Shown here: positions 54,547-63,885 of the stretch, one piece after another
How the letters are laid out: every line of letters begins with the position of its first letter
Numbering within the stretch: position 1 is the first letter of the stretch
Assembly (NCBI RefSeq): GCF_030695125.1
Contig: NZ_JAUYTP010000039.1
Location: forward strand, 259-64,258
DNA: 64,000 nt
DNA from: Bosea sp. (in: a-proteobacteria)
GTDB taxonomy: Bacteria; Pseudomonadota; Alphaproteobacteria; Rhizobiales; Beijerinckiaceae
Reading direction: 5' to 3'
Program-made: the position numbers and the translations under genes
Notes under the pieces: model-generated
What the model was told of the DNA's origin: nothing
What the model saw: the letters and a program-made list of their open reading frames with translations, nothing else
Databases searched by the model: none

Positions 54547-55604
54547 TGAGCGGGAAAGGCGCGCAAGAGCTTCTCGATGATATGCCGCCGATCTCCTATG
54601 TCTGGCGGACGCCGGTGCGGCGGCCGCGCGTCTCAGAGGCCGACATTCCCGATCCGGTTACGCCCCAGCGCGTCACGCCGGCAATGCGAGCGCGGCTCGA
54701 ACGGATCGTGGGTCGTGCGCCAGAGGTGATGGTGAAGATCACCGGGCGCACCAAAGACGCTGGTCATCTCAAATCCCATCTCGAATACATCATGCGCAAT
54801 GGCGAACTGACAGCAGAGACCGAGCAGGGTTCCCTGATGCAGGGCAGGGAGGGCCTCAAGGATCTTCAGTCGCGCTGGACCGAAGACACGGTGCTCGACG
54901 ACAAGCGGCGTCGCGACGGCAGCGTCTCGGTCAATATCATCCTGTCGATGCCGCCTGGGACCGATCCGATCGCGGTAAAGGATGCCGTGCGGGCCTTCGC
55001 GATGGAGACCTTCGAGGCCAACCACGACTACGTCTTCGTCCAGCATCTCGACGACAAGCACCCGCATGTGCATCTGACGGTGCGCTCGCAGGGCTACAAC
55101 GGAAAGCGGCTGAACCCGCGAAAGGCCGACCTGGCGACCTGGCGCGAGCGGTTCGCACAGGAGCTGCGCGTGCGCGGTGTTGCGGCCGAGGCGACGCCGC
55201 GGCGGACGAGAGGGAAGGTGCGCAAGCACGACAAGGGGACGGTGGTGGCGCTGCGTCGACGCGGTGTGGTTCCGGACACCGAGAAGGGCGCGAGGGACGA
55301 CGTCGTTCGGGCGGCGAAGTCCGGCGTCGGCGGCGCACACCCCTGGGAGGCAAAGGCTCGCGAACGGCAGGCCAAGATTCGAGCTCAGTACTTGGCTCAC
55401 GCCAAGGAGCTCGAGCGGACCGGGAAGGGGAGCGATCGGGCTCTGGCGATGAAGGTGCGGGAATTTGTGGCGAAAATGCCTGATCCCGAGACGCGGCGGG
55501 AGCAGTTGTTGCGGGAATTGGGCTCTGCTGCGCAGAGGGCTCGAACAGATCGGACCGACGTTCCTGATCGCAGCGATTCAAAGCCTCATGGGAAAGAACG
55601 ATGA
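54546..55604 (+). CDS. Relaxase/mobilisation nuclease (MobA/VirD2 family), short form
   Basis: TGATG overlap with mobC. The histidine triad is HLDDKHPHVHL (HxDxxxPHxH). 352 aa with no helicase or primase domain. Confidence 0.8.
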   Translation: MSGKGAQELLDDMPPISYVWRTPVRRPRVSEADIPDPVTPQRVTPAMRARLERIVGRAPEVMVKITGRTKDAGHLKSHLEYIMRNGELTAETEQGSLMQGREGLKDLQSRWTEDTVLDDKRRRDGSVSVNIILSMPPGTDPIAVKDAVRAFAMETFEANHDYVFVQHLDDKHPHVHLTVRSQGYNGKRLNPRKADLATWRERFAQELRVRGVAAEATPRRTRGKVRKHDKGTVVALRRRGVVPDTEKGARDDVVRAAKSGVGGAHPWEAKARERQAKIRAQYLAHAKELERTGKGSDRALAMKVREFVAKMPDPETRREQLLRELGSAAQRARTDRTDVPDRSDSKPHGKER

Positions 55605-55644
55605 ACCGGTGAGGTAACGTTGAGCGAGAAGGACAAAGGTCGCC

Positions 55645-56061
55645 TTAATGTCGATCATGCCCGCATTGGCTGTGGTCCGCCAGCGCCTCGATGATCGCGC
55701 AATCGCAGGCTGTGACGCCGCCCGAACAGGTCGCGGCGATGCGCTCGAGTTCCTTCTCCAGCGACCGGAGCCGCGCGATCTTGTGGCGGACGTCATCGAG
55801 ATGGGCGACCGAAATCGCGTGAGCCTCGTCGCAGGCCATGCCGGGGTTGTCGGACAGCCTGAGGAGGGCCCGGATGCCGTCGACGGGAAAACCGAGGTCG
55901 CGGGCATGCTTGATGAAGGCCAGGCGCTCGACATGGGCGCGGCCATAGCGGCGCTGGTTGCCCTCCGAGCGCTCTGGCTGCGGAAGAAGCCCGACCTGCT
56001 CGTAGTAGCGGATGGTCTCGACCTTCACGCCGGTCCGATCCGAGAGCGATCCGATCGGCAT
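55645..56061 (-). CDS. MerR-family divalent-metal sensor (CadR/PbrR/ZntR-like)
   Basis: MPIGSLSDRTGVKVETIRYYEQVGLL is the MerR HTH. Metal-site Cys residues are at MAC and CSGGVTACDC. Alternative starts are at 56088 and 56094. The 314-aa track ORF is over-extended. Confidence 0.85.
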   Translation of the reverse strand: MPIGSLSDRTGVKVETIRYYEQVGLLPQPERSEGNQRRYGRAHVERLAFIKHARDLGFPVDGIRALLRLSDNPGMACDEAHAISVAHLDDVRHKIARLRSLEKELERIAATCSGGVTACDCAIIEALADHSQCGHDRH

Positions 56062-56102
56062 GACGCGCGCGAGGTTTTTTGCGTCCATCTGCATTTTACC
56101 CC

Positions 56103-56133
56103 TTGAACCTGAAGTGGCTAGAGATCGTATGTA
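56103..56133 (+). promoter_or_regulatory. MerR-type promoter with 19-bp spacer
   Basis: TTGAAC (56103-56108), a 19-bp spacer ctgaagtggctagagatcg, then TATGTA (56128-56133). The spacer resembles my recollection of the pbr/cad operator (CTATAGTAACTAGAG). It lies 34 nt upstream of the ATPase ATG. Confidence 0.45.
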
Positions 56134-56166
56134 GGTCGTCTCGCAGCGCCTGCAAGCGGAGACGAC

Positions 56167-58476
56167 ATGACAGCGACCTCGGATATCAAGCCCCAGACTT
56201 TGAGTTGGAAGGTCGGCGGCATGGATTGTCCGGGCTGCGCCGCGACCATTCGTGGCGCAATCGAACGTCTGCCTGGCGTCCGCGACGTCAAGCTCTCGGT
56301 GATGTTTGAAACCCTGACGCTCGCGCTGGACGAGACCCAGACGAAGCGCGACGCAATCGAAAAGCGCATCGCCAGCCTCGGCTTCACCACCGCCGTCGTT
56401 GCGCCGAAGACGCAAGCGTCGAGCCCCGCAACCGCTGATCGTCGCGAGCATGAAGATCATGCCGGGCACGATCATGCGGGTCATAGCCATTCTCATAACC
56501 ATGATGGACACGCCGCCAGGCATGCGACGGCCGACACGATCGGCAAACAGCCCGTCGATACCGGGCACGGCCTGCCGGGCCATGTCCATGAGGCGACGCC
56601 GGACGGCATGTCCTGGTACCAGACCAATAAGGGCCGTCTCGTGCTGACGACAGGCGCGCTGCTCGCCGGGGCCTGGGCTTCGAGCCTGGTCTGGCCCGCC
56701 GCCGCTTACTGGGCCTTCGTCGCGGCCTGCGTGATCGGCATCGTGCCGGTCGCGCGCAAGGCCTATGCGGCCGCCAGCGCCGGCATGCCCTTCACCATCG
56801 AGATGCTGATGACGATCGCCGCCACGGGCGCGCTGTTCATCGGGGCGGCCGAGGAGGCTGCGCTCGTCGTCTTCCTGTTCGCCGTCGGCGAGGTTCTGGA
56901 GGGCGTCGCGGCGGACAGGGCACGAGCCTCGATCCGGGCGCTCGGCGACCTCGTGCCCAAGACCGCGATCGTCGAGGAGAATGGCGAAACAAAAACGGTC
57001 GATGCCGCTGCCCTGATGATCGGCCAGACCGTGCTGGTGCGCCCGGGCGATCGCATCCCGGCCGATGGCGAGATCACGAACGGCGTCTCCGGCATCGACG
57101 AAAGCCCGGTCACGGGCGAGTCGGTGCCGAAGACCAAGGGCGTCGGCGATCCAGTCTTCGCCGGCTCGGTCAATAGCGAGGCGGCGCTGCGCGTCCGTGT
57201 GACCAAGGCTGCCGAGGACAACACGATCGCGCGCATCATCCGGCTGGTCGAGGAGGCGCAGGAGGCGCGCGCGCCGACCGAGCGCTTCATCGACCGGTTT
57301 TCGCGCATCTACATGCCGGCGATCGTCGGGCTGGCGGTGCTCGTCGCCATCGTTCCGCCGCTGCTGCTCGGGGCTGAATGGTCGGTCTGGATCTACCGGG
57401 CGTTGGCCCTGTTGTTGATCGGCTGCCCTTGCGCGCTCGTCATCTCCGTCCCGGCCTCGATCGCCGCCTCGCTCTCGACCGGCGCGCGCCAGGGCCTGCT
57501 GATGAAGGGCGGCGTCGTCATCGAGGCCGCCGCAAAGACCGGAATCGTCGCCTTCGACAAGACCGGCACGCTGACGCAGGGTCGCCCGCGCGTGACGGAG
57601 GTCGTCGCGCTGGGACGGACCGAACGCGATGTCGTGGAACTGGCTGCCTCGGTCGAAACGGGCTCAAGCCACCCGCTGGCGCTAGCGATCATCGAGCGCG
57701 CCAAGGCGCATGCGATCCCGGTGCGCAACGCCAGCGAGGCGAAGGCCATTGCCGGGCAGGGCGTCACCGGCACGCTGGACGGAGTCACGATCTTCGTCGG
57801 GGCGCCACGCGACGCGCTCTCGCGAGCCACCTTCGACGACCAGGCGAAGGCGGCCGTGGAGCAGTTGGAGACCGCCGGCAAGACCGTCGCGGCCGTGATC
57901 GCGGACGGCGTTCTCGCCGGCCTGATCGCCATGCGCGACGAGCCGCGCGAGGATGCCGCCGCCGGCATCACCGAGCTGAAGGCGATGGGCATCCGCTCGC
58001 TGATGCTGACCGGCGACAACGCCCGCACGGGAGCGGCCATCGCCGGCTCGCTCGGCATGGAGCACAAGGCCGAACTGATGCCGGAGGACAAGGTCGCGGC
58101 AGTCAAGGCGCTGTCGGCCGAGGCCTCTGTCATGATGATCGGCGACGGCATCAACGACGCGCCGGCGCTCGCCGCCGCCGGCATCGGCGTGGCGATGGGC
58201 TCGGGCACCGACGTCGCGCTGGAGACCGCCGACGCGGCGATCCTGAAGAGCCGGGTGCGCGATGTCGCCGCCATGATCCGGCTGGCGCGGGCGACCATGA
58301 GCAACATCCGGGTCAACATCGCCATCGCGCTCGGTCTGAAGGCCGTGTTCCTCGTCACCACGGTGTTCGGCTACACCGGCCTCTGGGTCGCGATCCTGGC
58401 CGACACGGGCGCCACGGTCATCGTGACGGCCAATGCCCTGCGGCTGCTCCGCTTCAACGCCGGCCGCGCCGGCTAA
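56167..58476 (+). CDS. P1B-2-type heavy-metal ATPase (Zn/Cd/Pb; ZntA/CadA-like)
   Basis: HMA domain GMDCPGCAATI, His-rich linker EHEDHAGHDHAGHSHSHNHDGH, TM6 CPC, DKTGTLT, GDGINDAP, and TM8 ADTG. Confidence 0.9.
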   Translation: MTATSDIKPQTLSWKVGGMDCPGCAATIRGAIERLPGVRDVKLSVMFETLTLALDETQTKRDAIEKRIASLGFTTAVVAPKTQASSPATADRREHEDHAGHDHAGHSHSHNHDGHAARHATADTIGKQPVDTGHGLPGHVHEATPDGMSWYQTNKGRLVLTTGALLAGAWASSLVWPAAAYWAFVAACVIGIVPVARKAYAAASAGMPFTIEMLMTIAATGALFIGAAEEAALVVFLFAVGEVLEGVAADRARASIRALGDLVPKTAIVEENGETKTVDAAALMIGQTVLVRPGDRIPADGEITNGVSGIDESPVTGESVPKTKGVGDPVFAGSVNSEAALRVRVTKAAEDNTIARIIRLVEEAQEARAPTERFIDRFSRIYMPAIVGLAVLVAIVPPLLLGAEWSVWIYRALALLLIGCPCALVISVPASIAASLSTGARQGLLMKGGVVIEAAAKTGIVAFDKTGTLTQGRPRVTEVVALGRTERDVVELAASVETGSSHPLALAIIERAKAHAIPVRNASEAKAIAGQGVTGTLDGVTIFVGAPRDALSRATFDDQAKAAVEQLETAGKTVAAVIADGVLAGLIAMRDEPREDAAAGITELKAMGIRSLMLTGDNARTGAAIAGSLGMEHKAELMPEDKVAAVKALSAEASVMMIGDGINDAPALAAAGIGVAMGSGTDVALETADAAILKSRVRDVAAMIRLARATMSNIRVNIAIALGLKAVFLVTTVFGYTGLWVAILADTGATVIVTANALRLLRFNAGRAG

Positions 58477-58492
58477 CCGGGAGCAGCGCGCC

Positions 58493-59122
58493 ATGTCGGG
58501 CATGGAAATCGCCAGCTACCTGATGACCGTCGTCTACGTCATCAGCTTCTTCGCCATGTCGGCCGTCCTTGCCGAGGAAGCGGGACGGCCGATCTGGCTC
58601 TTCGACAAAGGCCGCGAGAAGCAGGCGCTGCCCGCCATGCTGTTTCGCCTCGCCTTTGCCGGCGCGGTGCTCTGGCCCATCGTGCTGACGTTGGTCGGCA
58701 ATCCGATCAAGGCAGACCCGCTCCATCGCGCGCTCGATGGCCCGTGGGTCGATGTCCTGGGCCATCTTCTCGTCGTGGTCGGACCCTGCCTCGCGATCCT
58801 GTCCCAGCGCTATATGGGCGCCTCCTGGCGCATCGGCGCGGCGGAGGGCGAGCTCGGCCCGATCGTCGACAGCGGCCCTTTCGCCATCTCGCGAAACCCG
58901 GTCTTCGTTGGCCAGGCATTGCTCTTCATCGGCCTGTTCATCGTGCTGCCCAGCCTTATCCAGGCCGTGCTGACGCTCGCGCTCCTCGTCGCCATCGTTC
59001 TCCAGGTCCGGATCGAGGAACGCGTCCTCTCGCAGACCCTCGTCCAACCCTATCGCGACTACCAGCAGCGGGTGCGGCGTTGGCTCGGGACCCGCACCAC
59101 CCCGGAAAGCACGGCGCCATGA
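58493..59122 (+). CDS. Isoprenylcysteine carboxyl methyltransferase (ICMT/PEMT)-family membrane protein
   Basis: Multi-TM. GPFAISRNPVFVGQALLFIGL ... RIEERVL is the ICMT-family C-terminal motif. Confidence 0.7.
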   Translation: MSGMEIASYLMTVVYVISFFAMSAVLAEEAGRPIWLFDKGREKQALPAMLFRLAFAGAVLWPIVLTLVGNPIKADPLHRALDGPWVDVLGHLLVVVGPCLAILSQRYMGASWRIGAAEGELGPIVDSGPFAISRNPVFVGQALLFIGLFIVLPSLIQAVLTLALLVAIVLQVRIEERVLSQTLVQPYRDYQQRVRRWLGTRTTPESTAP

Positions 59123-59658
59123 CGTTGCAGAAGCGACTCGGAGAAGTCCTTGGTTGGGCGCTCGCTTCCGCAGCGCTGGATCAGCTCTCGAAATGGCTCA
59201 TCCTGACCTATGTCATGGCACCGCCGCGCGTCATCGAGATCGCGCCGTTCCTCAACCTGCGCCTCGGTTTCAATTACGGCGTCAGCTTCGGGATCGGCCG
59301 CGACACGCTGGAGGCGTGGCCGGGCATGCTGGCCGCGTTCAAGGTCGCGGTCGCCATCGGCCTGATGGTCTGGGCTGTCAGAAGCCGGATCCGACTCGAG
59401 CGGGTCGGTCTGGCGTTGGTCGCGGGCGGTGCGCTCGGCAATGCGCAGGACCGCTGGCGTCAGGGCGCCGTCACGGACTTCATCGACCTGCACTGGGGCG
59501 ACTGGCACTGGCCGACCTTCAACGGCGCCGACATCGCGATCTCGGCCGGTGTAGGGCTGATGCTGCTGGCCGCTCTTGCCGACTATCGCAAGGCCCGATC
59601 AGAGGCCGTATCCGCACAGCCCAATGTCGCTCCAGGCGCGCAAGGAGACCGATCTTGA
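59119..59658 (+). CDS. lspA: Lipoprotein signal peptidase II
   Basis: ATGA overlap with the upstream gene. DQLSKW, FNYGVSFG, GGALGNAQDR, VTDFIDL and FNGADIAI are LspA boxes. Confidence 0.9.
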   Translation: MTLQKRLGEVLGWALASAALDQLSKWLILTYVMAPPRVIEIAPFLNLRLGFNYGVSFGIGRDTLEAWPGMLAAFKVAVAIGLMVWAVRSRIRLERVGLALVAGGALGNAQDRWRQGAVTDFIDLHWGDWHWPTFNGADIAISAGVGLMLLAALADYRKARSEAVSAQPNVAPGAQGDRS

Positions 59659-60209
59659 GGCGGGTCAGGCAATGGTTCGCGGCGGCGGCCGCCGCCGAGA
59701 TCAAGCCCTTTGCGCTGCTCTCGGGCGCAGCGGCCTGGCGTCTCGGAGGCCTTGCCGTCCTGATCGGGGCTGGTCTGCTCGCCATGGGGCAGATCCATCC
59801 AGAGCCGGTGGCGCAGCGTGGCGGCGTCGCCGTGATCCACCCCTGGGCCAAGGGATCGGCGCTGAAGGGCGACCAGTTTCCGTTCTACGCAACCTTCGCC
59901 AACAACGGCGCTCGCCCGGATCGACTCCTCAAGATCGAGACGGCCGCAGCCCACCACGCCATCCTGAAGGCGCTGGACACCAAGACCGGCATCGTCCGTC
60001 CGGTGGAGCTCGACGAACTCGCCGTGCCGGCGAATGGCAGGGTGTCGCTTAGACCGGGCACGCATCAGATCACGCTGATCGGCCTCTACGCCAAGGTCGA
60101 GCCCGGCAGCTTCATCCCGGTGACCTTCGTCTTCGAGCGCGCCGGCCGCCTCTCGGCCGACATCCGCGTCGAGAACCTCGGTGAGCCTGAGCACAAGGAT
60201 CATATCTGA
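59655..60209 (+). CDS. PCu(A)C/DUF461-like periplasmic metallochaperone lacking the Met ligands
   Basis: TTG start behind AAGGAG, overlapping the lspA stop (TTGA), with a signal/TM segment. The fold pattern is IHPWAKGS...FYATFANNGARPDRLLKIETAAAHHAIL...LAVPANGRVSLRPGTHQITLIGL...IPVTFVFERAG. Where the family has HxM it reads HQI. Confidence 0.6.
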   Translation: MRRVRQWFAAAAAAEIKPFALLSGAAAWRLGGLAVLIGAGLLAMGQIHPEPVAQRGGVAVIHPWAKGSALKGDQFPFYATFANNGARPDRLLKIETAAAHHAILKALDTKTGIVRPVELDELAVPANGRVSLRPGTHQITLIGLYAKVEPGSFIPVTFVFERAGRLSADIRVENLGEPEHKDHI

Positions 60210-60254
60210 GCAGCGACGTTGCACGTCGGCGAGATGAGTAGCTAATACGGTCCG

Positions 60255-61090
60255 ATGTCCGTCGTGCGCGAAGCTCTCGAAACCCACCAAGTTACGATCT
60301 ATTTCACGGCGATTGCCATCGCGGCCGCTACCGCTTTGGCGCTGCCGCAAACGGCGATTCTTGAGATTTTCATTAATCCGACGCTCGCGTTGATGCTTTT
60401 TGTGACTTTCCTGCAAGTGCCTCTGGCCGATCTCGCTCGTGCTTTTACCCGCCTTCCCGTTCTCGGATCGCTGCTCGTCACCAACTTTCTCGTCATCCCG
60501 CTGCTTGTGGCGGGATTGCTGCAGTTTCTCCCTTCCGACCCCATGATACGGTTGGGGGTGCTGTTGGTGCTGCTGACTCCCTGCATCGACTACGTAGTGA
60601 CCTTCGCCCATCTTGGTCGGGCTGATGCGCGATTGCTTCTCGCATCGACGCCGATCCTGCTCATAGCGCAGATGCTCCTCCTGCCTGTTTATCTCACTTT
60701 GTTTATGGGCAACGAAGCACGTGGGCTGGTCCGAATGGAGCCCTTCCTTCATGCCTTCGCCTGGTTGATCGCGGCGCCCCTCGCGCTGGCGGCGGTCGTG
60801 CAGGTCCTCTCCGGAAGAAGCAACACGGCGAGACGGGCGGCAGGCTACCTTGGATTGCTGCCCGTTCCTGCCACTGCGCTTGTCCTGTTCGTCGTGATCG
60901 CAGCGGTAGTGCCGCAGTTGGGACTTGCTCTCGATGGCGCGTTGCGTGTCGTTCCAATCTATGTGGCGTTCGCTATCGCTGCTCCGATCTTGGGCTGGAT
61001 CGTAGCCAGATCGTTCAGTCTTGATGGTTCGGCTGCACGCGCCGTCGCTTTCAGCGCGGGGACACGGAATTCACTGGTCGTCCTGCCCCT
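60255..61090 (+). pseudogene. SBF/ACR3-related permease (as I recall, often annotated as an arsenic resistance protein), C-terminally truncated
   Basis: About 279 aa of multi-TM sequence (INPTLALMLFVTFLQVPL...LLTPCIDYVVTF...SAGTRNSLVVLPL) is followed by Arg-rich read-through with no similarity to the family. Confidence 0.55.
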
Positions 61091-61333
61091 CAGCACCACA
61101 AGGCGTCGGATTGGTTCACCGCGCGACAGGCGGCCGAGCCTACCTACGCATTCAAGGTCATGGTCGAAGAAGAAACAGATCGAATTCTCGGCGCGCATCT
61201 GGTCGGGCCGCACGCTGATGAAGTCATCAATCTGTTCGCGCTGGCCATCCGACAAGGGATCACGGCAGAAGCCATCAAAAGCACGATGTTCGCCTACCCC
61301 ACGGGGGCGTCGGACATTGGCTACATGCTTTGA
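61091..61333 (+). pseudogene. 3'-terminal fragment of a pyridine nucleotide-disulfide oxidoreductase (dimerisation domain)
   Basis: A different frame reads QHHKASDWFTARQAAEPTYAFKVMVEEETDRILGAHLVGPHADEVINLFALAIRQGITAEAIKSTMFAYPTGASDIGYML-stop. No 5' part is present. Confidence 0.65.
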
Positions 61334-61351
61334 CCGGGGCTGCTACCAGCC

Positions 61352-62155
61352 TTAGGCTTGGCGACGAGCGGAACCCGTGTTTCCGGCCGGCTTTTCAGAC
61401 GAGGGCTCCCGGAGAATTGGACCGAAGATCGCGCGGCCAACCTCAAGCGCCTCGTCCATCGCCAGGCTGACGCCCTGGCGGCGCGGTATCTGTTCATCGA
61501 GCCAGCCTTGCAGGTGTGCGCTGGAGCAGAAGAACGCGATCGTGGGGCAGCATGAACTCGCTGCCGCATCTTCCCCATAGGCGAAGTCGTACCAGACGAC
61601 CGCATCCGATGGTGACACGCTGAGAAGGCTGCGGCCCTCATCGCTGGTTTCCACTCGGATCATCTCGCTGCACACACGGCAGGTCGATTGCACCGTGGCA
61701 TCGGCGCTATACATGGCCCCGACGCCAAGAGCGTCGATGGCGCACAGGGCATAAAAAACCTTCCCTTTGAGCCACACCAAGTGGCCCGTCTCCGCCTGGG
61801 TAAACGGATAGGCGTACAGGATCGTATCCGTACCGGGCTCAAGGCCTACAAGGTCACGCAGCTGCAGCTTGCGCAGCAGGGCCCGGACCCGATCCTCCGA
61901 GAGGTTCGCCCGTTCGGCGATCTCGTCAATGCGGGGCGGACGACCACTATCGCCGTAAAGGCGCAGAGCCGTTCGCCATACCAGGTCTTCGGCCGCCTCG
62001 AGCGCATGCGACCACAAATCGAGCAATCCCGCTCGAGCGGCCGTGCGGCCGCCGAGCGCGGCCCGCGCCGCTGGCGTCGTCACGATTGACCAGTCGGGAC
62101 GATGCACACCCGGCCTGATCTCGACGGCCGTCTCTGTTCTGTTCTTGATCGACAT
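61352..62155 (-). CDS. merB: Organomercurial lyase MerB-like, with N-terminal extension (267 aa)
   Basis: FYALCAIDALG (catalytic Cys/Asp), SSCCPTIAFFCS (the second Cys pair) and AMDEALEVGRAIF align to canonical MerB. Start MSIKNRTE at 62155. Confidence 0.7.
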   Translation of the reverse strand: MSIKNRTETAVEIRPGVHRPDWSIVTTPAARAALGGRTAARAGLLDLWSHALEAAEDLVWRTALRLYGDSGRPPRIDEIAERANLSEDRVRALLRKLQLRDLVGLEPGTDTILYAYPFTQAETGHLVWLKGKVFYALCAIDALGVGAMYSADATVQSTCRVCSEMIRVETSDEGRSLLSVSPSDAVVWYDFAYGEDAAASSCCPTIAFFCSSAHLQGWLDEQIPRRQGVSLAMDEALEVGRAIFGPILREPSSEKPAGNTGSARRQA

Positions 62156-62178
62156 GTCTTCGTCCTCGACCGCTGTTC

Positions 62179-63615
62179 CTATCCCGCGCAGCAGGACAGC
62201 TTGCTGACATCGCGATCGAATGTCTGGGCCGCGAGCTTGAGGCCCTCGACGGTCGTCAGATATGGGAAGATGGCGTCCGTGAGGTCGTCGATCGTGAGCC
62301 CGCACCGGATCGCGATCGCCGCTGTCTGGATGCTGTCGGCTCCTTCTGGCGCCAGGATGTGCGCTCCCAGCAGCTTGCGGGTGCCGCGATCCGCCACCAG
62401 CTTGATCAAGCCACGGGTGTCGCGGGCGGCGAGCGCGCGCGGCACGTTGTCGAGGTAGAGCACCGACGTGCGCACGTCGTATCCGGCGGCCCGCGCCCGT
62501 GCTTCGGTGAGCCCGACGCTTCCGATCTGCGGGTCGGTGAACACCACTGCCGCCATCGAGGAATTGTCGTAGCGCAGGCTGTCGCTGTTGAGCGCGTTCT
62601 TCGCAGCGAGCTTTGCGCCATAAGCTGCCATGTAGACGAACTGGTCCTTGCCGGTGACGTCGCCGGCGGCGTAGACGCCGGCCTTGGAAGTGCGCATGCG
62701 GTCATCGACCAGAATGGCGCCCGTGGGCGTCTGGACGACGCCGGCCTCGGCCAGCCCGATCTCCTCGGTGTTGGGCGCGCGCCCGGTCGCGACGAGGATC
62801 CGCTCGGCAGAGATCGTCTCGGGCCGACCGTCACGAATGACCGTGAGCATGACACCGTCCTGCGTGCGGCGAACGAACTCGTAGGCCAGGTCGCCGATTA
62901 CCGTGACCCCCTCGTCCTCAAGGTAGCCGGCAAGCGCTGCGCCGATCTCCGGCTCCGACTCCGGGAGCAAGCGGCTCCGGAAGACGAGCGTCACCTCGAC
63001 GCCGACGCGGGCGAAGGTCTGGGCAAGCTCGACGCCGATATAGCCTCCACCCAACACGATCATCGAGCGCGGCAGCTCGGTCAGCGCGAGCGCCGCCGTG
63101 CTGTCGAGAGGATCCACATCCGCGATGCCGGAGATTGTGGGCAGCGCCGGCCGTGTCCCGGTAGCGATGATAATCCGGTCGCTGGCAAAGCGCTGGCCGC
63201 CGGCCTCGACGCCGCCTTCGACCAAGCGCGCGCGGCCCTCGTGATACGCCACGTTGTTATAGGCCGGCAGGAGGTCAACGTATTTCGCCTGGCGCAGTCC
63301 GGCGACCAGAGCGTCCTTCTGGGCGATCTGCGCTTTCCAATCGACCACATGGGCCTTCGCCGCGATGCCGGCAAATTTCGTGGCAGCAGCGTTGGCGTGA
63401 TGCACCGCCTCTGCAGCCCGTATCAGCGCCTTCGATGGCACGCAGCCGACATTGACGCAGCTGCCCCCAATCGTGCCATGGCCGATCAGGGCAACCTGGG
63501 CCCCTTGCTCGGCCGCGGTGATCGCGGCTGAGAATCCAGCTGAGCCGGCTCCGACCACGACGAGATCGTAGCGGCCGTTGCCATTCTTCGCGCTCACGGC
63601 GCAGCAATCACTCAT
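62179..63615 (-). CDS. merA: Mercuric reductase MerA, short form without the NmerA domain
   Basis: Starts MSDCCAVSAK. FAD site VVVGAGSAGFSAA. Redox-active GGSCVNVGCVPSK. C-terminal KLSCCAG. Its ATG overlaps the merF stop (ATGA). Confidence 0.9.
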   Translation of the reverse strand: MSDCCAVSAKNGNGRYDLVVVGAGSAGFSAAITAAEQGAQVALIGHGTIGGSCVNVGCVPSKALIRAAEAVHHANAAATKFAGIAAKAHVVDWKAQIAQKDALVAGLRQAKYVDLLPAYNNVAYHEGRARLVEGGVEAGGQRFASDRIIIATGTRPALPTISGIADVDPLDSTAALALTELPRSMIVLGGGYIGVELAQTFARVGVEVTLVFRSRLLPESEPEIGAALAGYLEDEGVTVIGDLAYEFVRRTQDGVMLTVIRDGRPETISAERILVATGRAPNTEEIGLAEAGVVQTPTGAILVDDRMRTSKAGVYAAGDVTGKDQFVYMAAYGAKLAAKNALNSDSLRYDNSSMAAVVFTDPQIGSVGLTEARARAAGYDVRTSVLYLDNVPRALAARDTRGLIKLVADRGTRKLLGAHILAPEGADSIQTAAIAIRCGLTIDDLTDAIFPYLTTVEGLKLAAQTFDRDVSKLSCCAG

Positions 63616-63872
63616 GACGTCAACTTTCTGGTGTTTCGATCGGTCTGACAGCAGTCGACAGCCGCCGAGGAAGAGAGCTTTCGCAGGTAAAGTCCAATGC
63701 CGACCAGCGCGATCGAGGCGATCAGGATCGGGATCAAGACGTAATCCGCCTTGGCCGCCCACGCCGAAAGCCCGACCAGCCCCAGCGAGACCGCGAGGAT
63801 AGGAGTTGCGCAGCATATTGCCGCGACGACTGTGCCGACGGCGCCTGCACGGATAAGGGTGCGGTCCTTCAT
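63612..63872 (-). CDS. merF: MerF-like two-TM mercury transporter
   Basis: There is a vicinal Cys pair in TM1 (AAICCATP) and a second pair near the C-terminus (VDCCQ). 86-89 aa depending on the start used. Confidence 0.6.
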   Translation of the reverse strand: MKDRTLIRAGAVGTVVAAICCATPILAVSLGLVGLSAWAAKADYVLIPILIASIALVGIGLYLRKLSSSAAVDCCQTDRNTRKLTS

Positions 63873-63885
63873 GTCGATCACGAGA

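Noticed and set aside
60255-61355. The 366-aa ORF as a single intact transporter
   Set aside because: The last ~85 residues are Arg/Ser-rich read-through, and another frame there encodes a clean oxidoreductase C-terminus. I interpreted it as a chimeric scar.
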